A DNA stretch of 63,813 bases, counting the filler, from Olpidium bornovanus S191 (taxonomy: Eukaryota; Fungi; Olpidiomycota): the NCBI GenBank assembly GCA_017911155.1. It is 32 parts of 32 records of this genome, joined end to end, with 100 filler letters (N's around TTAATTAATTAA, not from the genome) between each part and the next. Parts side by side here need not be neighbours in the genome. Positions count along the whole stretch, not along the records: positions 10,311 to 11,429 come from JAEFCI010003058.1; positions 11,530 to 12,562 come from JAEFCI010009359.1; positions 12,663 to 14,313 come from JAEFCI010003853.1; positions 14,414 to 17,462 come from JAEFCI010011921.1; positions 17,563 to 20,292 come from JAEFCI010000626.1; positions 20,393 to 26,248 come from JAEFCI010005043.1; 26 more parts are not named here. The stretch is one strand, 5' to 3'. Positions 11,357 to 23,018 of the stretch are shown piece by piece (the stretch's first letter is position 1; each line of letters opens with the position of its first letter). The notes beneath the pieces were generated by a model. It worked only from the letters and a program-made list of their open reading frames with translations. It searched no databases and was not told the DNA's origin. The position numbers and the translations under genes were made by a program.

Positions 11357-12662
11357 AGCATAAATCTCAAAATAAAGTCGAAATCAACTTCCATTAAGGC
11401 ATTGTTTTTTTGATTCATTATTATAAATGNNNNNNNNNNNNNNNNNNNNNNNNNNNNNNNNNNNNNNNNNNNNTTAATTAATTAANNNNNNNNNNNNNNN
11501 NNNNNNNNNNNNNNNNNNNNNNNNNNNNNAAGCGGGGCTTCCCCTGGCCCAGGGATAGATGTACCCCTCCAGCGGCTGGTGCGCAGCATCCCAGGTGCGC
11601 CCCGTAACTACCGCCCCAACTGTCCGCCGGAGGTGTCCCCCCACCGCATGCAGTCGTCATGCACATTTCATGCGGTGACGCAAATAGGCCAAAACGTTGC
11701 AGTGTTGCAACGTAGAGAAGGTCGTGCGCTTGTCATCTTCCGTAAACAAGCCAGTTGTAGCCAATCCCGGGCCCGAAACGTTTTTTTCAAACAACGGCCA
11801 AGGCTCTTTTTGGATGCTGCGTATATGGTCACGGCATATGAGCGTGGATTGTGTCATCACTACCGGCAGGTCATCCCGTTGCGCTTACCTCAATCAGGAG
11901 ACTCGAACTCGGACCACGGTACCAAATCACAGGCTGGAGATAGCCGAGAAACTCAGAAAATACGTCCCGCTGCGTGGAAATCGCTTTCCCGCGCGCTTCG
12001 AGTTGGGGGGCCTCTCACATACATAGTCAAATCGAACGGCTTTTCCGGGTCTTACGCAAGATTTTTTGCAAGCCCGGCGTATTTCACAAGGTGGGCCGAA
12101 ATCATCTGTTTCTGTGCTGCAAATACGAACTGAGCTCGCAGGACTGACTCGTTCTGCTGTGAAAGATAGTTATGTTTACCAGCTTCGTCAGGCCTGCAGC
12201 GGCTGTTCCGCAAGCTGCCTTCGGAACAAAAAAAAAAAAAAAAAAAAAAAGAGGGGGGGGGGGGGGGGGGAAACGCGAACGTCATCCGCAATTATTTTTT
12301 TTTGGCTTTGGAGAAAGTCCCTTGCAGAGGCGGTTAAAAGCCGCGCCGTATCCGCCGCTCTTGATCACTGATAAAAAAAAAAAAATTAGTTCAAAAAAAT
12401 TTGAACACGCTCGCAAACCGTCTCTGCCTGGCGGAAAGGTTCATGCCTCCGCCCTCCGATATCCTACCTAGGGCACAACCAAACTGTGGGAAAAAGCATA
12501 AAAAAGCCAGACAGACAATCCCCTGAAAAAAACCCTCCTGGACACGCCAGGCAAAATGTCTCNNNNNNNNNNNNNNNNNNNNNNNNNNNNNNNNNNNNNN
12601 NNNNNNTTAATTAATTAANNNNNNNNNNNNNNNNNNNNNNNNNNNNNNNNNNNNNNNNNNNN

Positions 12663-14313
12663 CCCCACTTCCTTGAGAAGTCGCGTGGCACCGGGCTCTA
12701 GCATAGGGCGGAGCTCGAGAGAACGATTGGCCGGCAGTTAGAGTCGGTGTGGCCGAATAAGCGGCCGAGTCACTACAGGGGTCACGGTGGCGGCCGAGGA
12801 GGTTTCGGCAGACTCGGCGGCGGCCATTACGGCCATGGTTGGGGTCCGGCGTGGCAGGGACCACCTCCCGGCTACTGGGGCAGCAACAACCAGCAGTGGG
12901 TTAACCCACAGGGCCTGCACGGTCCGCCAAGACGCGGCCGTGGAGGTGCCCTGCCCGGTAGAGGCAATGGCGGTGGCTACCACCGTGGCGGCGGCAATTG
13001 CGGCGGTATGCCCCCTGTCGGTCGTGGGCGCGGCAGCAACCACTAGGATGCCGGCCAAGCCGAAGTCCCCTCGGTTAGCGTAGCTACCACCGACGTACAT
13101 AGCAATAAGAATGACATCGGCGCCGCGGAGCGGCAGGGACTTACTTCGGTGGCGGCCATTTTGGGTGCAGAGGCTGGCGGTGTAGTAAACGCAGAGTCCG
13201 TGGCCACATGTAGATTTCCACCGGAGTTTCCACCAGGCAGCACTATTGCGCCACCCGACGCGGATTACGGTGTGAACCAAGTCGGGAAAACAACGGGAAA
13301 TGTGACGGGCGTTAATGCCTTGCGATTAGGAACACGGAGCCGAGAACTAGCCCTCGGGAAGCTGGAGCACCAGCAGGGGCGGCGACCGGTTGGGCAAGAA
13401 GCGAGGGGGGACGCAGTCCCTTTGATTCCAGCAAAAGTAAAATTGCGGCCGGAATCGCGTCCGGAAGAAAAGTCAGAATTGCGTCCGCAATCACGTCTGC
13501 AAACGAGCGATGTATTCGCACCTGTCATTGCGTTCCAATATCGGAAGCCAGAGTGGCAAAAGCGCAAGTTAGTCATACAGCGCGACGACGTCGTAGACGT
13601 CCAGGCAATTTGGACGGTTACCCTCCACCCGGGCGAAACCGCGAGTATCCCGGTGCCCCTGAATGTAAGAATACCAAACGAGCAGTATCAACTTGTTGTA
13701 ACCCCGGGACATCACCGCATCGAGGTCGTAGAGCCATTTGCACCAGGCGACAAGGCAATACGCCTCCGCAACAAAATGAAGAAGAGAACGGTTACGTTCA
13801 ATGCAGGAAGTATTCTGTTCACGGCGGCGCTCGAGAGAGGGCAAGGGGAGCAACGTATGCGTCCGCTCTCAATATCGACGAATGGCAACGGTGGGCGACT
13901 GAGGACACTACCGTCCACGTGCGAAGAGTACAAGCGCGGGCGCAATGGCCGGAACGCACAACAGAAGGAGCGGCGGGTCTAGACTTGCACATATGCGAGA
14001 GCGGATCTATCCTGCCAGGCGAACGGAAGAAGATTAATACGGGACTGTCATTAGCAATCCCCGGCGTATATGCAGGCAAAATTATGGGTCGAAGCGGACT
14101 AGCCTTGCAAAGTATCGATGTACACCCGGGCTTGATCGACTCTGACTACCGGGGCGAGTTGGCAATTATCGCTATCAATAATTCTCGGAAGGAATTCTTC
14201 TTCAAGGCCGGCGATAGACTGGCGCAGCTTGTTGTGCAAGCGATCCCGAAGATTACTCTTCAAGCAGCGAATGATAATGGCGTAGTAGACGCAGACACGG
14301 CCAGAGGGACGAA
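12663..14313 (+). mobile_element. Decayed retroelement-like polyprotein fragment: RGG-rich gag-like tail, degenerate dUTPase-like domain, then dUTPase
   Basis: Intronless contig. One frame is open from 12663 to 13982 except TAG at 12699 and 13044; a frameshift near 13830-13870 leads into the dUTPase. No RT or integrase inside the contig, so the mobile origin is inferred. Confidence 0.6.
13910..14313 (+). CDS. dut: dUTPase domain (motif V truncated by the contig end)
   Basis: AAGLDL (motif I), GRSGLA (II), GLIDSDYRGE (III), GDRLAQL (IV), ARGT at the start of motif V. Confidence 0.93.
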
Positions 14314-14414
14314 NNNNNNNNNNNNNNNNNNNNNNNNNNNNNNNNNNNNNNNNNNNNTTAATTAATTAANNNNNNNNNNNNNNNNNNNNNNNNNNNNNNN
14401 NNNNNNNNNNNNNC

Positions 14415-15353
14415 ATGCCGGAGTCGCGCGAGTCGTCGATTTTCAACCTGTGGATCCCGACCTCCGGGCTGTGGATGAAACGAACCCACCTGCTGAACCG
14501 CTACTTTGGCGACGAAGTGGTACGTGCCTGTTCGGAAAGATTTTTCCCCCGGGGGCTCTGAGGGCGCGCCCCCCCCCAAAAAAAAAAAATGTCGAATACT
14601 CTGTTCACCGGTTGGCTTTTTTTCTCCGCAGCAAACGATCCCGGACGTCGACTACAGGATCCAGTACGAAGTCTTGACGGTGGAGTCCGCCCACCTGCCG
14701 CCGAGGCCGGTTATGTGCGCGAGCAACACGACGGTCGACGACGTGCAGATGGCGCTGTCGGTGGATGATCCGAGGATGATAGAGGAACCGATGAGGCTGT
14801 TCTCGAAAGCCGGCGAGCAACTGGCAAAAAGCGAACTGGTCTGGAAAATCATCCGGGAAATGCCGCTGAACGTACGAGAGCCGCCCCTCCCCCTTCCCCC
14901 CCCCCTTTCTTGCTGCCGGCTTTCACCGCGACCGCTTATGGGTCGTGGTTTGCACGTGGTGGGACAGCGTAGCGACAATTTTCTACTTCTTACGTGGGCC
15001 GAACGAAAGGCGACGGCGGGCGCCCGGCGGCTGACGTGGAATTTTTCGTGTTGACATGACCTTACGAATTCCAGGACACGGTTGACCTTCGGCCGCTGCC
15101 CGACCGGGTCTCAGTGGAAACGAGCATGGACCCGAATGTGACGGTCGAGATGGACGTGGACTCTTCCCAGCGTGTGGCGACCGTCCTCCGGCGCATATGT
15201 CACCGGTTCGGCTTGAAGCCGGAGGAGGCAGCTGGCATTCGCTGCGCACAGCACGACGGATGTAAGCGAGCGGGAGACTCCCTTGTCGCAAATGCCTGAC
15301 GTTAACCCATACTCGCTCGCTTTCGGCACGTAATTGACGGAACCTCGTCTTTC

Positions 15354-15384
<31 letters not shown>

Positions 15385-17321
15385 CCGAGGCAGCCTGCTA
15401 CTTACCCCAGGAAAAAACGCTCGGCGAGCTGGGGATCGCCGGGGGAAGCGCGCTGGTCGCGCACGTCATCGACAAACCGCCGCCTTTTCTGGACGGAAGC
15501 GTGTGGCATCGCGACCCGGAAAAGCCTCGCGGGCTCATTTTCGCCACGGAAATCACAGCGGGGCACCCGTCTGCGACAGACGGAAACGCTCGCCCCCCGC
15601 CCGCCGAAAACGCGGCGCCGCCTCCGTCTCCCGGACACAAACCGCCGGAACGAGAGGTGCGATACGCCGACCTCGTCGCCGGCGAGCTGACGGAACTGGT
15701 CAGGCTGCTTACCGACAGCCGAGGGTCCGGATCGATCGAGTGTAAGGCAAAGGGCAGAGACCCGGCGAGGTTTTCGGGGAGGCCGGGGGGGGGGGTTTTT
15801 TGTTTCCTTTTTTCTTTTTTTTTTCATGGACATTACCGGATTCTCCTTCGTTAGATCTGGACTACGTGAAAACGTTCCTGCTGACGTACGAGTCCTTTAC
15901 CACGTCAGCGAATCTGCTGAGAATGCTCGTTGAGCGGTCGGTATCATGTGCCATTGATTGCGTGTCGCTGCATCATGACGGCTTGTTTAAGCCGCGGTGC
16001 CGCCTGTGTCGGGGGGGTTTTTTTTTTTGGCGCCTCCGCCGAACGTACGCACGACGGTCGTCCGTATCCAGATTTCACGTCCCACGTAATAGGAACATTA
16101 CTTTTGCGGAGTTTGAGACAATCCGGAACACCATCCAGTTGAGGTACGGGGGTTTTTTTTTTAATTTTATCACTCTCTCGCGGCGTAGTTCGTGCGCTCT
16201 CCCGGCTTATAATCGTGGCTCCGTTTTTTCTTCTCTTTTTTTTTTTTCGCCGGTAACGCCTAAACCAGGGTTTGTAACGTCATTTTACAAGTAAGTGGGA
16301 CGAACGGGGCCCAGTTAGACTCCTGCGTTTTTTTTTTCGGAACGTGCGCGCAGCACTCTTTTCCGAGGCCGCGGAAGCGCTTACTACCAGGCTGCGGAAT
16401 TTTAGTGGACGAAAAAGTACAACAGCGACCTCGTGGGCGGTCGCTCGGGCCCGGCAGTGCTGGATGATGTCATACGTTTTTCCGAAACTGTTCTCGCTCA
16501 AGACCACACCTCAATGGCGAAGCAAGTTCGAAAGCACGCCCTGAAGCTGGTGAGCGGCGCACGCCATCCCTTTCTCCACCCGAATCGCTGGGAGCGTTTT
16601 TCTCCCGGACTGTTCCAGTAACGGGTGCTTCCGCGAAACGGGACGGGTCGCGGGGTTCGTGATTTACCAGAAATATGGAAAGCAGGAGCGGGTGACGGTT
16701 AAGCACAGGACTCCACCTCCGGTACCAAAGCTGTCCCCCCGACCTGTAGGTGGGATCGTTCCGGCTCAGCCGGCATTTCGTGATCGTATTGTGAAATGCG
16801 CCGGGGTTTTCGGCCACGCACTTTCTCCAATGTGCCGGATCTTCAACCGCGGCGGAAAACGTCGGAGAGGGGGCTCCCGGACCTCACCTGCTGCGTCCAA
16901 ATTCTGCGGTGTCTCAATCTCGGTCGTTTCCAGCTGGCCAGCATAATCGAAAACGACGCGGAAGAAATCGCCCGGCAGCTGACCATCATCGAGTACGAGA
17001 TCTTTTCTCGAATAATGGTTAGCCGGAGCGGGGGGGTGTGGGGAAGAGCGGGTTACGGCCCACGGAATTTCAAGGAAGCGAAAACATTTTCCTGGGGGGG
17101 GGGGCCGTCTAAGATCCCGGGGTTTTTTCTCCCCCGGAACGCAGCTCTCTGAGATCGTGGATCAGGCCTGGATGCGAAACGACGGCGCAGACGCTCCGAA
17201 CGTGACCCGGATAACCGCGCAGTTCAACCGGCTGGCGTTTTGGACGGCGCAGTGCATACTCGAAGTTCCCACGGTGCGCGCTCGCGCGTATCGTATGGCG
17301 AAGCTGATACGTGTCGCCAAG
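14415..17321 (+). CDS. Ras guanine-nucleotide exchange factor (REM + CDC25 domains) with N-terminal ubiquitin-like folds, multi-exon, partial
   Basis: REM: DLDYVKTFLLTYESFTTSANLLRMLVER. CDC25: DAEEIARQLTIIEYEIFSRI and DQAW...APNVTRITAQFNRLAFWTAQCIL...RAYRMAKLIRVAK. Ub-like: EMDVDSSQRVATVLRRICHRFGL...EKTLGELGI. Confidence 0.85.
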
Positions 17322-17356
17322 GTAAGCCGGAATGGTGGGAAGAGGCCGTCTTCGTT

Positions 17357-17390
<34 letters not shown>

Positions 17391-18569
17391 AATTGGGGGA
17401 ACCCGGGGGTTTTAAAAAACCCGGGCGGGTTTGGGGGGGGGGGGAGGGGGGGGCGGCGGGGGNNNNNNNNNNNNNNNNNNNNNNNNNNNNNNNNNNNNNN
17501 NNNNNNTTAATTAATTAANNNNNNNNNNNNNNNNNNNNNNNNNNNNNNNNNNNNNNNNNNNNCATGGTATCAAGCTAGCAACACGGTGTAAGTGATTTTG
17601 TTCATTGCCAATTTCCTGGCATTTAAAGCGTATGCAACTTCCGCGTACCCGAATAATTGGAGATGCAATTTCACGGAACCCAAATACATTCACCGCTTTG
17701 AAGGCGTTTGGAAAGACGGTGGAATCAAATCTGAGATCCGCTAAAAGACCCATCAGCTCCTTGTGTTCTTGTTCCGCATGCTTCATGGTAGAGTATTCTC
17801 ATTTCTTTTTTTCGCTTCAACCCATCAATCCGACCACAATCATCAAAGAGTAGATTGGCGAGAGGACGGTAAAGAAAGCCAGGACAACGCATCACTTCGT
17901 CCTGATCGTCTGACTCACTATAATCATGGTTAGGGTTAGTTTGCTCTTCCTCGTTCTTTGTTTCGGTATCGCTTTTGTCGCTGCTGCCATCTTCGTTGTC
18001 GAGTTCCTCACACTCGCCGCCACTTTCAGACTCGGATTGCGCCCCGTCCACTGTAGAAATCACGCCAAAGTCCTTGCCATTGAGCTCCTTCCGCCCCTCT
18101 ATTCTCAATCTCGGGAAACAAACTTTGCTCTTTGCCAGGAGCCTTTTGTACGACGTTTGGCAAGCGTCGTCATCCTGCGGTGTTCCGTGAAGTGAGGCGG
18201 GATAAAGGGCGCATAAAACCACGCCTCCTCAGAGGGCGTAAGCTCGTTCTGGTTCGTCGTCACAGAGGCTGCACTTAAAGGACAGGCCTCGTCGCTCGTC
18301 ATGCCAACGCCGTAGATGTCGTTCCAGCGCTGGCTTCCCTCCGGCAAGGCGCAACCGGCAGGAGACGACAGGACAAACGAGCGGGACGCTTGGCATCGTC
18401 GGTTCTGTGGCTACTACTGATGGGTACTAGGCGCATTAGCCAAGCCTCTGGCGCCGTCAGGACCAGAAACCGAAGGCGCATGCAGCCAATTCAATTATGT
18501 GCACTCTAGCGGTTTTTTCATACTTTAGCTCTCTAAAATAACTAAGCCGCCTTTCCATCTGAATTAACC

Positions 18570-18653
18570 CTCTGACCGAGGATTGCCGAGGAAAGCCTGG
18601 GAAACACAAGGCTAACCTCGGCTGCACTCGTCCCTGCGCTCGTAGTGGACCCC
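18570..18653 (+). repeat. Dispersed repeat, copy A (homologous to 30660-30767), probable LTR/leader sequence
   Basis: Shared blocks GATTGCCGAGGA, AAGCCYGGGAAACAC, AGGCTAACC, CTCGGCTGCAC, TCGTCCC and GCTCGYAGTG in the same order; TTCAATTATG also precedes both copies. Confidence 0.8.
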
Positions 18654-18878
18654 TATGATTAGAACCAAGTCCCTGCCCTTCCGCCCCTCCGCGCGCGCGG
18701 CGCTCATCCGGGGTGGACGCGAGCCCTTGAGCACAACACCCTGGGCTGCCCCGCGGCACGCAAGTTCCGGACTCGCAAACAAATCCGACAAGGGCGTGGG
18801 TGTCCGTCCGACGTGGGGACCGGAGGGATTCGCGGTGGCGCCTGTTGAACAACCATTTTCGCACACGCGTTGTTCTCT

Positions 18879-18911
<33 letters not shown>

Positions 18912-19264
18912 AGAGCGGGCTGCTTTGCATTCTAAGAGGTTTTTCGGTTATCGCCTCGGCGGTTTCAGGGGTTAATTTCAATTTACATGAGAATTATTCC
19001 GTGCGTAAGGAAGGCCGTGTAAATCAATCAATTCAACGTGCAAAAAAGCCGATTGCCCCCAACAACACCACAAAGCCGAAACCGGCACCCAAAACTGGAA
19101 ATTCCAAAAGAACGTCAAAGGCGCCCGGCTCCAGCTCAGCCCGCAGCACCAACGCCCAGCTCTGGCGGTCTTCCAAAACCTTGCCCAGGCTCTGCCAGTC
19201 GCCCTGTCAAGTGCCTTACCGTGCTCGGCACACGTAAAACTGTTTTTTCTCTGATTTTTTATTC

Positions 19265-19930
19265 CTATTTTACTCTGTCTTTTCCTATGGAAGTGTTAGT
19301 AAATGCTAGCACCTCACGTGTACCTTGCTCGACACCTTTAAAGAAATGCCTGCTTCCTCGGACCCGTCCCGCCTGCCCTTGACGCCCAAAATGTGTCAGC
19401 CATGGACGCCGACGCTTCCGGTCAGGTAGGTTTCGTCCCGGACTTTCTCGAAGCAACCACCAAACCTGGAGCTCGCTCAGGAACCCTGGAAGGAGCGCGC
19501 GGCACGCCAAGTTGCTGAGTACACGCGCTCCCTGTTTTGAAAAACGCCAGAAGGAGTTTTTCCTGCGTGTGCGGACCCGATTTTGGTTGATCACGTAGGA
19601 GAACACTGCCGCGCGTGACGCGCGCAACGCAGGAGGGCGGCTGGCCTTCAACGAGAACGGGAGCTGCACGCCGCGGCCCCGTTGTACGCCGCACTGGCAG
19701 TGGAAAAGAGAGACTGCCGGCTGCCCGGGACGCAGAGGACATTCTGCAGTTGCAGATGGCGGTCTGCATGCTTGACAAAGACCGTTCCTTGCCTAATGAC
19801 ATCGAGCTCAGAGCTATCGGCCAGTGTGAGCTTGTCGGTGAGTGTGATCTGGGTCACGGGTGTCGGTCACAACTGCCGGATTGTTGACGCAATGACGGGA
19901 AGTGCCAGCGTCCAGATTTACACAAATCCC
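19265..19930 (-). mobile_element. Ty1/copia pol remnant (aspartic protease region), frameshifted
   Basis: ICVNLDAGTSRHCVNNP (W-x-x-D-S-G-A-S-x-H type), then after a frameshift LTLADSSELDVIRQGTVFVKHADRHLQLQNVLCVPGSRQSLFS, the typical copia beta-barrel protease segment. Confidence 0.8.
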
Positions 19931-20912
19931 TATGAGGGATTGAGGGCGACTTGGGTTGTGGACTGCCGCTCGCCTTAAACCAACCACAAAAGAGCCCGGA
20001 AGAGGAAAAACATTGTCCCCAGGCCACTCGTCGCCCCCCGCCCCCGCCCCTTGTCCTTCCGCTCCTCCGCGGGACATCAGCGTGGGGCGGCGGGGAGGGG
20101 CGGAATCTGCAGAAAACGAAAATCCTTTCTCCCCGCGCAGTGTCCTCGGTCAGGGGTGCGGGGGAGCGGGAAGGGGAAGGCAGGGGAGGGGTTGAGGGGG
20201 GAAAAGGAGAGGGGAAGTGGGAGGACCGTTTCTGTTCCGATTGTTCTGGCGCGGTGCAAATTCTCCGAACCTCGTTTTGTGACCGTGACCACNNNNNNNN
20301 NNNNNNNNNNNNNNNNNNNNNNNNNNNNNNNNNNNNTTAATTAATTAANNNNNNNNNNNNNNNNNNNNNNNNNNNNNNNNNNNNNNNNNNNNAGCTGCCA
20401 TCTGGACTGATGGTACCCCTGAAGCTCCTGTTGAGAAAACAGATATAGTTATTAGTTCAACACTATAATCCCTTGCAATACTCCCTTCTCTTTGGTTGGA
20501 GAAGGGTGAAGGGAGCCTTCGGTAGGGGGGAGGGGGGGAGGGGCGGACGCTGTAAATATCGTATGCAGGGGCCACGGACGAAAGGCGTCGTCGGTTACGG
20601 CCCTGTCCTTCGCGCGCGCGAATCACGGCGGGCTTTTATCATGGGCGGACGGGGTAGCGGGTGGGGGGAGGGGTCCGGGTGGAAGAGGACTTGGCAATCC
20701 GTGCAACACAAGCATACGTCATCCGTTTGGCATTCCAGAACCCCGCATGTCCAAGTCGAACCCGACCGTCATTCCTCGGCGACCGCCGAGCTAAGCCCGA
20801 CGCAGGAGGCCCCGTTTGCTTTCCACCGGTTTCCACCGGAGTCCCCGGCAATGAAGCCTGCGGCCCGCACCTGGGTCATGGAATTGGACGGGCCTCCCCC
20901 CCCCCCCCCCCC

Positions 20913-20954
<42 letters not shown>

Positions 20955-21219
20955 CCTTTTTTTTTCCGATTCGGCAAAAAAACTCTCATCTCGCCGGAGA
21001 TGAAGCTTGCGCGCGCGTTTCGCGTGAAACCGCTTTGGAGGAAAGTGTTTTTGCCGGGGGGGGGGGTTTCCAACGCCGCGTATGCTACGGTTCCCGTTCG
21101 CGGATCTTGCGCGTCGGGAATGGCACCGCGGGGAATCGCGAACGCGGGACGAAAGTGACCCTCGCTCGACTTTCGTCGGACACGCCGTTTCCCTTCTCCT
21201 GTGACTTTGTAACTGCAAA

Positions 21220-21317
21220 CAGCAGATTGGGTGGCGCCCGGGCCCCAAGAAACCAGCAAACATCCGCCACAGCAGACTGGGTGGCAACCGGGCCCCAAGA
21301 AACCAGCAAACATCCAC
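21220..21317 (+). repeat. 50-bp tandem duplication
   Basis: CAGCAGAYTGGGTGGCRMCCGGGCCCCAAGAAACCAGCAAACATCC at 21220 and 21270. Confidence 0.9.
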
Positions 21318-21528
21318 CTTCTTTCCTCTCTCGTAATATTTTCTCGTTTTTTTTTTTTAAAGAACAGCGAGTGAACTGGGTCCGTGGCCGGCCACATGCT
21401 TCCCGTTAATGCATCGCAGCATGCATTGGCTGCGCCTCCGGCTGCTTGGCAGGGCCGCCCGTCCAGACTCACAGTCAGCCAGGACCTGTGACACCTGCGG
21501 CGGACGACGGGCGTTTGCAGTACTATAT

Positions 21529-22757
21529 CTACGCACCGGCAGCGTCCTTTATCCCCAGGATTTCCGCCAGCCGAGCGGCGTCGGCAAAGGCGGCCTTCTT
21601 CTGCCGCAGAAACTTGGCCCGGTGCCTGGTGCCGCAAACGAGATTATCAGCGGCGAGCTTTTGCGGCGAGAGATTCACAGCCGCGGCATCTAAAAACATT
21701 TGGATCCGGCCGCGCGGAGCAGAAACTCACGGGAGGCGCGGATTTGTTGTGACGGACGGCTGCGGTGACTGCGGAGGTTTCCCGGACGACTCGCTCCCTT
21801 CCTTAACGAACCCGTTGAGGCCTGCCTTCTTCGCCTTCTTCTTTTTCCCTCCCAGGGTTTCAGCCGAGTCCTCCTCGGCCTCATCCTCTCTCTCCGTCTT
21901 CCTCATTTTCTTCTTATTCTTCCGTCCGAGGTTTCCAGCAGCGTCCTCCGCCGTCTCCCCGCCCATCTCCTTCTTCTTCTCCTTCTTCTTCGTCTTCCCG
22001 GTCAGGTTCTCAGCCGAGTCTTCTTCTCCTTCATCGCCTATTTCATTCTTCTTCTTCTTCTTCTTCTTCTTCTTCTCCACATCCTTCACCGTCTTCTCCT
22101 TTTCCGTGTCTTTTTTCTTCTTTTTCTTTTTCTCTTCCTTATCCTCCTCGTTGTGCACCTCGTCGGAGGCGTCTCTTCTCCGCTTCTTCATCCTTATATC
22201 AGGCGTCGCCATCCCGGTCGACTCCCCGTCACCCGTCCCTGCCGCCGGTGACCGGTCGTTGAGGGTCTTCAATAGTGCGCTGAAGGCGTCAGTGTTGTCG
22301 AGCCACTTGTCGATGGTCTTCTTCGTGGCGCCCACGCCGAGGTTGTCGTCCTTGAGCTTCACTGCGACGTGCCTTGTGACACCTTGGCCGTCCACGCCGA
22401 GGCCCGAACCGGGCGTCCAGCCCATCTTGGCCAGCATGCGGAATCCGAAGTTGGATTGATCTTCGAAACGCGGGCATTGAAGTGGCGGCGGAAAAGGGCT
22501 TGTGAGGGAAAGGGTAGCGACGCGCCAAGAAAGCAAGCAGCAGACAAGAGCCGACGATCCCTCGCACGGTTCTCTCGCCTGAGTTGGCGGAAAAAAAAAC
22601 CGCCGAGCCAAAGGGGGGGAGGGGGGGAAGCCGCATGAGGAGAAAAGACGTGGAAAAAGAGGTCTTTGCCGTTTGGCCCTCGCTCACCGCTGCTCCAGGC
22701 CAAGTTTCGGGGATCGGCGCCTATTCTCTGCGTCTTCTTCTGTCCGGCGAGCCCCAT
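21529..22757 (-). CDS. PXR1: G-patch ribosome-biogenesis protein PXR1/Gno1/PINX1
   Basis: Exon 1 (22757-22688) MGLAGQKKTQRIGADPRNLAWSS; exon 2 from 22460 with G-patch FGFRMLAKMGWTPGSGLGVDGQG and a KKE-rich tract; last exon HRAKFLRQKKAAFADAARLAEILG...* . The donor of the last intron is not resolved. Confidence 0.92.
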
Positions 22758-23018
22758 GGCGACGACGGGGGTCCCCAGAACGTTGGTGCGGACACGAGTT
22801 TCACGTGCGAAGAATTCCGGTTTTTTTTTTTTTTTTTTTCTTTTTCCTTTTTTTTTTTTTTTTGCCTGTTTCGGAATGAGACTTGCCCCAATTCCCCCGA
22901 AACGCTTTTTTTTTTCCCAACGCCGGCTTGCCTTACCGCAACTTGTCGCTAATCACTTCCCTCTGCCAAGAAATCGGGCCAAACTGACCATTTTCTTCTT
23001 CTTTCTTCTTCCCTGCTG
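22758..23018. promoter_or_regulatory. Compact bidirectional promoter between PXR1 and the bHLH-PHD gene
   Basis: Divergent start codons only 261 bp apart, with a central poly-T tract. Confidence 0.7.

Noticed and set aside
11530-12562. Spliced gene in contig 7
   Set aside because: Candidate exons could not be joined in compatible phase without stops, and no family was recognised.
13044-13046. Programmed gag-pol stop-codon readthrough
   Set aside because: A second in-frame TAG lies upstream at 12699 and the context is not CARYYA-like; decay is simpler. It remains testable across copies.
17563-18222. Acidic minus-strand ORF pair as a gene or transposase
   Set aside because: No recognisable motif, and a frame change in an A-run; not enough support for a call.
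18570-18653. Hammerhead ribozyme (CTGACCGA...GAAAC...GTC)
   Set aside because: The core has an extra base, stem III does not pair, and the homologous copy lacks CTGA.
20660-20760. B-box-like Cys cluster (WTCGVLECQTDDVCLCCTDCQVLFH) on the minus strand
   Set aside because: There is a stop just upstream, no convincing splice sites, and the ligand spacing is irregular.
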